A stretch of DNA of 37,406 bases from an uncultured delta proteobacterium (GTDB taxonomy: Bacteria > Myxococcota_A > Polyangia > Polyangiales > Ga0077539). The notes beneath the pieces were generated by a model. The model saw only the letters and a program-made list of their open reading frames with translations. It did no database searches and was not told where the DNA came from. Location of the stretch: contig CAIOSS010000042.1 in assembly GCA_903860995.1 (NCBI GenBank), positions 1 to 37,406 on the forward strand. Reading direction: 5' to 3'. Each line of letters opens with the position of its first letter. Within the stretch, counting starts at the first letter, position 1. The translations under genes were made by a program, and so were the position numbers. This document shows, one piece after another, positions 18,435 to 26,337 of the stretch.

Positions 18435-18798
18435 CCACTCTCGAATGTATCAGTCGCTCGGAATCCCCGAGCGCAAAAGGCGATCAGCGTCGGAATCCAG
18501 ATCGCCTGCAGTCCGCCGTGCGTCACCGGGGTTCGGGCGATGGCCCTCACCCCGGGCAAGCGAGAGCAGGCGCCCGCTCCGCGGGCTTTCGAACAGGAAA
18601 TCGATCGACCTTCTGCACGCGAACGCACGCCCCTCGGGAAGGTTCGTGGAGAGCACGGTTTGCTAGCCCGCGGAGCGGGCGCATGTTCTCGGCGTCGGGG
18701 CTACGGGCCCTTGGATGCCCCATCCGCTCGAGGGTTCGAGCGACGAGGGACGAGCGTCAGCACATCCGCGAGCACGTACTGCGCTACGAGATGTACCT

Positions 18799-21700
18799 TT
18801 AGGGGGTTTCCCGGACGCACCGGAAGCCGAGGTAGTCGAGGCGGCTGTCGGGCGAGTTGTACTCGCGCGACGCGGCGCGCAGGGAGGCCGCGCCTTCGCG
18901 CATCGACCCACCGTGGTACACGACGGGGCCATTGGGGACTTGAGAGCGAAAATTGCAGAAAGGATTTCTGCTCGAAATCCTGCACGACGGGTAGAAGCCG
19001 AAGTTGTCAGCGGTCCACTCCGACACGTTGCCCGCCATGTCGAAGAGGCCCGCCGTTGCCGCGAAGCTCCCCACGCGACGCGTACGCCGACCGTCGGCAC
19101 CCGCGCAGCTGTTGAAATGCGCGCGGTCACAGGCCACCGAGCTGCTCCCTACCGGAGCGGTGTCGCCCCACGGGTACACGCGGCCTGCTGTCAGGCCCTC
19201 GACCGCGATCCCACGCGCCGCGTACTCCCACTCCGCCTCCGTCGGCAGGCGACCCCCGTCCCACACGCAGAACTCCTGCGAGAGCCAGAAATCAACACCG
19301 TTCATCGGGTGCTCCGTCACCGTCGGGCTCGTCGCCGACCAGTTGGTGAAGGTGTCGAGGGGCAGCGGGGCTTGCGCTGCCGCGCCCCACGCGAGCGGCG
19401 CGTTGTTGCGGTATGGGATGGGGCTCGCGCGAAGCACCGCGGGGGCAGCCGTGGTACTGCGCGCCGCCCAGAACACGCGGAAGCGCGCCACCGTGACCTC
19501 GTACGCGTCGATGGCGAAGTTGCCCATCGTCACCGTCTGCACCGGCGACGCCTGGATGGCCGGAGCGGCCCCGCCCTGCGTGAAGGTGCCGCCGGTGAAG
19601 GTGACCATGCCGCAGCCCGCCGTGCCCTCCACTGCGCAGCTGCGCTGCACCAGCGAGCCCGTGCCGCCACTTGTGCACATGCCGCTGACGCACGACTGCC
19701 CCGACGCACACACTACGCCGCAGGCACCGCAGTTCGTGGCGTCGCTCCCCGTCGTGACGCACGCGCCGCTGCACACCGTGGTGCCCGCGAGACAGGCGCA
19801 CGCGCTCGACGCGTTGCACACGCCGCCGCGCGGTGACGTGCACGAGCCCGACGTGCGCGGCGTGGCAGAGCACTGCAACGCGCCGCCCACGCACGCCGTC
19901 ATGCCCGACTGCTCGCACCCGCCGCTCCCCAGCGACGTGCACGAGACGCCCAGCGTGACGCAGGCCGCACCGCACTGCGTGGTGCCCGCGGGACACGCGC
20001 ACGCGCCCGAGGCGCACACCTGCTCGGCGAGGCACGCCCTCCCACACCCACCGCAGTTCGCGTTGTTGCTCGCCGTCGACACGCACGCGCCGCCGCACAC
20101 CGTCATTCCCTCCGCGCACGTGCACGCGCCCGACGCGCTGCACACCCCGTCCGTCGGCGACGTGCACGACCCCGACGTGCGCGGCGTCGCCGAGCACTGC
20201 ACCGCGCCGCCCACGCACACCGTGGTGCCCGAGCGCGCACAGCCGCCGCTACCCGTCGATGTGCACGACGCCCCCAACGTGACGCAGGCCCCACCGCACA
20301 CCGTGGTGCCTGCGGGACACGCGCACGCGCCCGAGGCGCACACCTGCCCCGGGGAACATGCCCTGCCGCAACCACCGCAATTGGCTGGGTCTGTCGCGGT
20401 GGTGACGCACGCCGCGCCGCACGCCGTCTGGCCCGCGGGGCACGAGATGGCGCAAGCGCGGCCGATGCACGCCAGACCGCTGGGGCACACGGTGCCACAG
20501 GCGCCGCAGTTGAGGCGATCGGTGGCGAGGTCGCGGCAGGCGCCCGCGCAGATCGAGAGGCCCGCGCCGCAGGTGACCATGCAGCGGCCCGCCGCGCAGG
20601 CCTGGCCGCCGTCGCACACGAGGCCGCAGGCGCCGCAGTTGGCGTTGTCGGTGCCGAGGTCGCGGCATGCGCCGCTGCAGTTCGTCGTGCCCGCGCCGCA
20701 GGTCACCGCACAGGTGCCGCCCGAGCACACGGTGCCCGCGGCGCAGGCACGGCCGCACGCGCCGCAGTTGCCATTGTCCATCGACAGGTCACGGCAGGTG
20801 CCCGAGCAGTTCGTCGTGCCCGCGCCGCAGGTGGTCGCGCAGGTCCCGCTCGAGCACAACTGCCCCGACGAGCATCCCGCACCACACGCGCCGCAGTGGT
20901 TCGCGTCGCTCTGCAGATCGCGGCACACGCCGCCGCAGTTCGTCGTGCCCGCGCCGCAGCTCACGGTGCAGGTCCCCGCGGAGCACACCTGGCCCGCCGC
21001 GCACGCGCCCCCGCAGGCACCGCAATGCCCGAGGTCGCTCGCGAGGTCGCGACAGGTCCCGCTGCAGTTCGTGGTCCCGGAGCCGCAGCTCACCGCACAC
21101 GCTCCCGCGGAGCACACCTGGCCTGCAGCACACGTGACGCCGCACGCGCCGCAGTTCGCGCGGTCCGTGTCCAGGTCACGGCAGCTCGTGCCGCACACGC
21201 TCTGCCCCGCAGGGCACGAGGTCGCGCAGCGGCCCGCCACGCACGCCTCGCCCGACGCGCAGGCCGTCCCGCACGCGCCGCAGTTCAAGCGGTCCGTCGC
21301 GAGGTCGCGGCACGCGCCGCCGCAGTTCGCCGTGCCCGCCCCGCACGAGGTCGTGCACACACCGCCGGAGCACACCTGGCCCGCCGCGCATGCAGTCCCG
21401 CACGCACCGCAGTGGTTCAGATCGGTCGTCAGGTCGCGGCAGGTCCCGCCACAGGGAACCGTCCCCGTGGCGCAACTCGCGGCGCAGGTGCCCCGCGTGC
21501 ACGCCGTCCCCGCAGGGCACGCGTTGCCGCAGGCGCCGCAGTTGCCCGGATCGGTCGCGAGTTCGCGGCAGATGCCCCCGCAGTCTACGGTCCCCGCGGC
21601 GCAGGTCGTCGCGCAGGCCCCTGCAGAGCACACCTGGCCCGCAGCGCACGGGCCTCCGCAGACGCCGCAATGGTTCAGGTCGGTGTTCAGGTCGCGGCAG

Positions 21701-23226
21701 GTGCCGCCGCAAGGCACCAGGCCCGCCCCGCAGCTCACAGCGCACGCCCCGCGAGAGCACACCTCGCCCGCCGCGCAGGTCGCCCCGCAACGGCCGCAGT
21801 TCCCGCGGTCGGTTTCCAGGTCGCGACAGGTGCCGCCGCACGCCACGGTGCCCGCCGCGCAGGAGAGGGTGCAGCTCCCCCGCGCGCACACCTCGCCCGC
21901 CGCGCACGCGCGGCCGCAGGCCCCGCAATGGTTCACGTCGGCGTCGAGGTCGCGGCACCGGCCGCCGCAGTCCGAGAGGCCGGGCCCGCACGTCGTCGCG
22001 CACGCCCCCGCGGAGCACACCGTCCCCGCCGCGCACGCGTTGCCGCACGCCCCACAGTTCGCGTTGTCCGTCGAGAAGTCTCGGCACGCGCCGCGGCACG
22101 AGGCCGTCCCCGCGCCGCACGAGGCCGTGCACGCGCCGCCGGAGCACACGGTCCCCGCAGCGCACGCGTTCCCACACGCGCCGCAGTTCGCGTTGTCCGT
22201 GGCGAGTTCGCGGCACACGCCCGCGCAGGCCGTGAAGCCCGAGCTGCACGTCGCCTGGCACGTCCCCGCCGCGCAGAGCTGCCCGGGCGCGCAGGCGTTG
22301 CCGCACGCGCCGCAGTTCGCTGCGTCGTTGCGAACGTCGCGGCACCCACCCCCGCACGCCGCGAGGCCCGGGCCGCACGAGGGCACGCACGCCCCAGCCT
22401 CGCAGGCCTCGCCGGAGCCGCACACGTTCCCGCACGCCCCGCAGTTGCGCGCGTCGCTCGAGAGGTCCCGGCACGAGCCCGCGCAGGCCGTCGCCCCGGC
22501 ACCGCAGGTTGTCGCGCAGGCGCCCGCGGCACACACCTGCCCCGCCGCGCACGAGGTCCCGCAGGCGCCGCAATGGCGCGGGTCGGAGGCCAGTTCGGCG
22601 CAGGCCACCGCGCCCGATCCGGCGCAGGCCACCTGCCCCGCGGGGCACAACACGCGGCACGCGCCGCCCTCGCACGCGTAGCCCTCGGCGCAGGCGAGGC
22701 CGCAGGTCCCGCAGTTGCGGCGGTCCGCGGAGAGGTCTGCGCACGCGCGCGCCATGCCGCCGTCCATGGACGCCGCCACCGCGCACTCGCTTGTGCCGCC
22801 GCTGCACGTGAACGCGCACGCGCCCCGCGAGCACACCTGGTCGGACCCGCACCGCACCCCACAGGCCCCGCAGTTCGCGGGATCGGTGTCGAGCACCGCG
22901 CACCGCAGCGCGCCCGCCGCGCCGCACAAGCTCTCGCCCGCGGTGCATCCGGGCACGCACGCGCCGTTCTGGCATCCCTCGGTAGCCCCGCACGTCTGGC
23001 CGCAGGCCCCACAGTTGGCTCGGTCCCGCGACACGTCGGCGCACCTGCCGCCACAGCGCGCCAGGGGCGTGGGACAGCCCGTGCCCCCGTCGGCCGTAAT
23101 GCCGCCGCCGCCGCCGCCGTCGGTACTGCCCACCACAGAGCGCCCTACGCACCCCGCGACCGCCACCAGCATCACCAACACCACCCCAAGTGAGCGGCTC
23201 CACACCTCCAGCACGTTACGGATCAT
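18799..23226 (-). CDS. Giant Cys-rich repeat lipoprotein with C-terminal FGE/SUMF1-like domain
   Basis: 1475 aa. Signal peptide with lipobox LVAVAGC, 23 (N/H)CGxCG-centred repeats, and C-terminal FGE-type motifs (RLPTEAEWEYAARG, YPWGD, FDMAGNVSEW, LGFRCVRE). The start is uncertain (ATG 23226 or GTG 21 nt downstream). Confidence 0.85.
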   Translation of the reverse strand: MIRNVLEVWSRSLGVVLVMLVAVAGCVGRSVVGSTDGGGGGGITADGGTGCPTPLARCGGRCADVSRDRANCGACGQTCGATEGCQNGACVPGCTAGESLCGAAGALRCAVLDTDPANCGACGVRCGSDQVCSRGACAFTCSGGTSECAVAASMDGGMARACADLSADRRNCGTCGLACAEGYACEGGACRVLCPAGQVACAGSGAVACAELASDPRHCGACGTSCAAGQVCAAGACATTCGAGATACAGSCRDLSSDARNCGACGNVCGSGEACEAGACVPSCGPGLAACGGGCRDVRNDAANCGACGNACAPGQLCAAGTCQATCSSGFTACAGVCRELATDNANCGACGNACAAGTVCSGGACTASCGAGTASCRGACRDFSTDNANCGACGNACAAGTVCSAGACATTCGPGLSDCGGRCRDLDADVNHCGACGRACAAGEVCARGSCTLSCAAGTVACGGTCRDLETDRGNCGRCGATCAAGEVCSRGACAVSCGAGLVPCGGTCRDLNTDLNHCGVCGGPCAAGQVCSAGACATTCAAGTVDCGGICRELATDPGNCGACGNACPAGTACTRGTCAASCATGTVPCGGTCRDLTTDLNHCGACGTACAAGQVCSGGVCTTSCGAGTANCGGACRDLATDRLNCGACGTACASGEACVAGRCATSCPAGQSVCGTSCRDLDTDRANCGACGVTCAAGQVCSAGACAVSCGSGTTNCSGTCRDLASDLGHCGACGGACAAGQVCSAGTCTVSCGAGTTNCGGVCRDLQSDANHCGACGAGCSSGQLCSSGTCATTCGAGTTNCSGTCRDLSMDNGNCGACGRACAAGTVCSGGTCAVTCGAGTTNCSGACRDLGTDNANCGACGLVCDGGQACAAGRCMVTCGAGLSICAGACRDLATDRLNCGACGTVCPSGLACIGRACAISCPAGQTACGAACVTTATDPANCGGCGRACSPGQVCASGACACPAGTTVCGGACVTLGASCTSTGSGGCARSGTTVCVGGAVQCSATPRTSGSCTSPTDGVCSASGACTCAEGMTVCGGACVSTASNNANCGGCGRACLAEQVCASGACACPAGTTQCGAACVTLGVSCTSLGSGGCEQSGMTACVGGALQCSATPRTSGSCTSPRGGVCNASSACACLAGTTVCSGACVTTGSDATNCGACGVVCASGQSCVSGMCTSGGTGSLVQRSCAVEGTAGCGMVTFTGGTFTQGGAAPAIQASPVQTVTMGNFAIDAYEVTVARFRVFWAARSTTAAPAVLRASPIPYRNNAPLAWGAAAQAPLPLDTFTNWSATSPTVTEHPMNGVDFWLSQEFCVWDGGRLPTEAEWEYAARGIAVEGLTAGRVYPWGDTAPVGSSSVACDRAHFNSCAGADGRRTRRVGSFAATAGLFDMAGNVSEWTADNFGFYPSCRISSRNPFCNFRSQVPNGPVVYHGGSMREGAASLRAASREYNSPDSRLDYLGFRCVRETP
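19672..23076 (-). repeat. In-frame tandem repeat array (unit mostly 129 nt = 43 aa, 8 Cys per unit) inside the lipoprotein gene
   Basis: The array consists of consecutive units such as CGAGATACAGSCRDLSSDARNCGACGNVCGSGEACEAGACVPS. Sixteen successive units are 43 aa long. Two longer, near-identical insert modules (CTS-GSGGC...CSATPRTSGSCTSP) lie near the 3' end. Confidence 0.85.
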
Positions 23227-24802
23227 GGAACGGGAGCCTATTGCACTTCGAGACTACCTCGATCATCAATCTGAGCCCGTCGAGGTGAGGGCCCTCCCCT
23301 CGACCCGCGCGCGACGGTTCGTGGCAACATGCGCGCACGTGTTCGCCGTCACTTTCCTCGGTCATCAGGGTTGGCTCTTTCGCTCCGATCGCGCGTGCAT
23401 CGCGGTCGACCCGCTGCTGTTCGAGCACTTTGGCGCGCAGCATGCGCTCGAGTACCAGGTGTTCCCGCCGCGGCGGCTCGACCTCGCACGCTTCCCCGCG
23501 CTCGATGCGGTGGTGCTCACGCACGAACACGACGACCATTTCGACATTCCGTCCCTCGCCAGGCTGAGCCGCAAGATTCCCATCCATCTGTCCGCCCGCT
23601 CGTCGAGCGCCGCGCACCGGATCCTTCGCGAGATGGGGTTCCAGGTGGTGCCGCTCGAGCCTGGGGTGCCCGTCACCTTCGACGATCTGGAGGTCATCCC
23701 GCTGGCCGGAGATCACGTGAACGTCGACTGCGGCGACGAATGGGACACGCTGCCCCTGCTCGTGCGTGACACGGGCGGCGCCGGGAGCTTCTTCTCCATG
23801 GTCGACATCACACCGACGGAGCACCACCTCCACCTCGTCAAGGGCGTGCTGGCGAAGCCGGGGCTGGTCACCTGGACAAACAACGCCCTCGACTGGAGTC
23901 ACATGACCGACTTCGTGGACGAGATGAGCGGCAGCACGGAGGCGTGCGCGGCGCGGATGGGGGTCGGTCGCGAGCTCGTTCGCGCGGCGTGGGGGCGGCC
24001 CGCCGCGACGCTGCTGTGCGCGGGCGGGTTCTCGTTCTACGGCGAGCGGGCGTGGCTCAACCGGCGCGTGTTTCCCATCGACTGCGATCGCGCCTGCGCA
24101 TTGCTCGAGCGCGCCCATCCGCGCGAAAAGTTCGTCTCCACACTTCCTGGGCAGACGTTCTGGATGGAGGGCAATCGGCTCGTGCGCGTCGACGCGTCGA
24201 CCGACTTTCTCGCGACCGAGCCGCGCAACGTCTGGCCTTCGCGCGAGCCAGCCCACCTCGCCACGCTCCCGGATTTTGCACCCGCGAGCGGAGCACGCGC
24301 GCTCGGCCGCGGTGATCTCCCGCGCATCGAAAAAGGACTCCATGAGCTCGCCTGCGCGCTGGTGGGCGGTCCGCTTTTTCGATGCCTCTATTCAATGATG
24401 GCGGGCGAGTCCGAGGGGCGCCGGCCGACCTTTGCGTTTGCGCTCCGCGACGGGGCGCGACGGCACGTGTTCGAGTACGTGCCGTCCGCGTGCGTCTTCC
24501 GCCGCGTCGACGTCGACGATCCCGAGAGCGCCTATCTCCTGGGCCTGGAATGCTGGGCCTCGGACCTGCTCCAGGTGCTTCGGGGCGACATGGGTCCCAT
24601 GGCGCTGAGCTTCGGCCGCGCTCGCCTCTGGAACGCCGTTCCCGCTCTCGTCGCCGACGTGATCTTCGATGAGCTCTACCGTGTGAGCCATCCGCTCCGT
24701 CGACCGGCAGAGACCTTCCGCGCCTACGAGCGCCTCTGGAAGAGCGCCCCCACCGCGCGCGTGCGTGTCGCAGCGAAGAAGCGCACCCGCCGCACCTCGT
24801 AG
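23225..24802 (+). CDS. MBL-fold metallo-hydrolase with uncharacterised C-terminal half (possibly SCP2-like)
   Basis: HxHxDH motif LTHEHDDHFD after FAVTFLGHQGWLF...IAVDPLL. 525 aa from ATG 23225; alternative in-frame GTG at 23321. C-terminal ECWASDLLQVLRGDMGPMALSFGRARLW resembles an SCP2-type ending. Confidence 0.75.
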   Translation: MEREPIALRDYLDHQSEPVEVRALPSTRARRFVATCAHVFAVTFLGHQGWLFRSDRACIAVDPLLFEHFGAQHALEYQVFPPRRLDLARFPALDAVVLTHEHDDHFDIPSLARLSRKIPIHLSARSSSAAHRILREMGFQVVPLEPGVPVTFDDLEVIPLAGDHVNVDCGDEWDTLPLLVRDTGGAGSFFSMVDITPTEHHLHLVKGVLAKPGLVTWTNNALDWSHMTDFVDEMSGSTEACAARMGVGRELVRAAWGRPAATLLCAGGFSFYGERAWLNRRVFPIDCDRACALLERAHPREKFVSTLPGQTFWMEGNRLVRVDASTDFLATEPRNVWPSREPAHLATLPDFAPASGARALGRGDLPRIEKGLHELACALVGGPLFRCLYSMMAGESEGRRPTFAFALRDGARRHVFEYVPSACVFRRVDVDDPESAYLLGLECWASDLLQVLRGDMGPMALSFGRARLWNAVPALVADVIFDELYRVSHPLRRPAETFRAYERLWKSAPTARVRVAAKKRTRRTS

Positions 24803-24854
24803 GTCGAGTCGCCCAACGTCCGGTCGCTGTTCACGGGCACCGAGGCCGCGAGAA

Positions 24855-25208
24855 TCAGCGGGTGTTGGTGAGGGCCCTCGACGGGGCCGCGCTCACGTTG
24901 ACGGGGCGCAGGCTGTCCGGAGGAGCGCCCTGATCGCCCCCACGCCCGCACCGGACCGATGACCCGGGCACGCTTGAGTGACAGGGCCATCTCTCCTCCG
25001 CGGTGTACGGAATGAGCTGCGACGGCACCGCGGTCGACGGGAGCGAGAACGCGCCGAGGTCGTCGGCGCGCGCGATCGCGAGCGGGCGAAGGCACACGTG
25101 TCGGACGGATGCGCCGCCGTCGGCATCGAGCGGGGCCGGGTGGCCCGAACCGCACGCCACGGCGAAGAACGGGAGCATCGCCAGGGCGGCGCGAAGAGGG
25201 TGACGCAT
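24855..25208 (-). CDS. Small putative lipoprotein
   Basis: MRHPLRAALAMLPFFAVACGSG (lipobox), 12 nt downstream of the AraC gene stop. Codon-position GC periodicity is clear at 25141-25200 but absent at 24901-24960, so the 3' half is doubtful. Confidence 0.4.
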   Translation of the reverse strand: MRHPLRAALAMLPFFAVACGSGHPAPLDADGGASVRHVCLRPLAIARADDLGAFSLPSTAVPSQLIPYTAEERWPCHSSVPGSSVRCGRGGDQGAPPDSLRPVNVSAAPSRALTNTR

Positions 25209-25220
25209 CGCGTGCCGCCG

Positions 25221-26246
25221 TCAGCGCGGGCGCCCGCGCGCCCAGGCCGACGGGCTCTCGCCCACCTGACGACGAAACGCCCGCGTCCACGCGCTCTGGT
25301 CGGAGAAGCCCACCGCGAGGGCGATGTCGGCCAGCGAGCACCGGCCTTCGCGCAGCAGGCGCTGCGACTCGTCGGCGCGGAAGGCGTCGACCACCGCGCG
25401 CCACGTCGTGCCGCGCGCCAGCAGGCGTCGGTGGAGCGTGCGCTCGCTCGTCCCGAGGCTGCGCGCCATCGCCGCAGCGGAGACGTCGCCCTGGCGCAGC
25501 AGGTCGCGGAGGCGGGCGCGCACGGCGAGCTCGAAGGGGTCGCTCGCGGCGCCGAGGCCCATCGACGACGCGATGAGCCCGAGGGTGTACCGGAGCTGCG
25601 GGTCGGCGGTGCGCAGCGGGCGCGCGAGGGCCGCGGAGGGAAACCAGAGCGACCCCACCGCGGCGCCACATGCCACCGGGGCGCCGAACACCCGCGCGAG
25701 CTCGCCGGGCGCAGGGTCGGACCGCCGGACGGCGACGCGCACGCCGGGAAGCGCGTCGTCGCCGCCGAGGCTGTGACGGAGGTTCTTCAGGGTGACCGCG
25801 AGCGTGAACTCCTCGATGACCCAGGGGCGCTCGGCGAGGGAGACGTGCACCGCGAGGCGTGCCCCGTCGGGGTCGACCGTGAGGGTGAGCGCGGGCTCGG
25901 CGGTGATGCCGCGGAAGTGCGCCGTGAGGCCGTGCAGCGAGCCGCCGAGGGTGTCGGCGCTGACGGCGAGGTAGTCGATCACCCCGAAGGCGCCGAAGGG
26001 CGTGGCGCGGCCCACCTCGGCGGGGAGCGTCGGGCGGGGAAACTGCGTGAGCGCCTGGTCCCAGGCGAGGAGGATGGCGCGGGTGGGCCAGAGGTCGCCG
26101 GGCGCCGGGTCGCCGGCGGGGAGCGTCGCGCGCACGGCGCGGACGTCGACCCCGACCGCGGCCATGCCCGAGAGAATCGCCAGGACGGTCTGCGCCGGGG
26201 TGTCCACCATCGTCGCCGCCGCGCAGAGGAGCACAAGACCCGCCAT
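25221..26246 (-). CDS. AraC/XylS-family transcriptional regulator (AraC-binding-like N-domain + HTH_18)
   Basis: C-terminal double HTH (AAAMARSLGTSERTLHRRL ... LADIALAVGFSDQSAWTRAFRRQVGESPSAW). ATG at 26246 chosen (342 aa); the track ORF extends to 26525 across the divergent promoter region. Confidence 0.85.
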   Translation of the reverse strand: MAGLVLLCAAATMVDTPAQTVLAILSGMAAVGVDVRAVRATLPAGDPAPGDLWPTRAILLAWDQALTQFPRPTLPAEVGRATPFGAFGVIDYLAVSADTLGGSLHGLTAHFRGITAEPALTLTVDPDGARLAVHVSLAERPWVIEEFTLAVTLKNLRHSLGGDDALPGVRVAVRRSDPAPGELARVFGAPVACGAAVGSLWFPSAALARPLRTADPQLRYTLGLIASSMGLGAASDPFELAVRARLRDLLRQGDVSAAAMARSLGTSERTLHRRLLARGTTWRAVVDAFRADESQRLLREGRCSLADIALAVGFSDQSAWTRAFRRQVGESPSAWARGRPR

Positions 26247-26337
26247 GGCGCGAACTGCCAACGCGTTGGCCGATCCGGTCAGGACGCGGCGACGGCCGAC
26301 GCGCACGTTCGGGGACGAGAGAAGGAGACCTCCCACG

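Noticed and set aside
19004-22681. 1225-aa plus-strand ORF (and 20896..23193 +, 21176..23203 -, 21933..23054 -) overlapping the giant lipoprotein gene
   Set aside because: These are antisense or out-of-frame readings of the 129-nt Cys-repeat array. The products are monotonous His/Ala/Pro/Gln or Arg/Gly/Pro strings (…HAPQF…, …RRARG…) with the same periodicity, which is typical of GC-rich shadow ORFs. The minus-strand frame, with its signal peptide, Cys pattern and FGE motifs, explains the region.
19672-23076. Regular 129-nt periodicity that could be mistaken for a CRISPR-like array
   Set aside because: There is no alternation of conserved repeats with unique spacers. The whole unit is conserved at the protein level, in frame, inside one ORF. 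No cas genes or leader are present.
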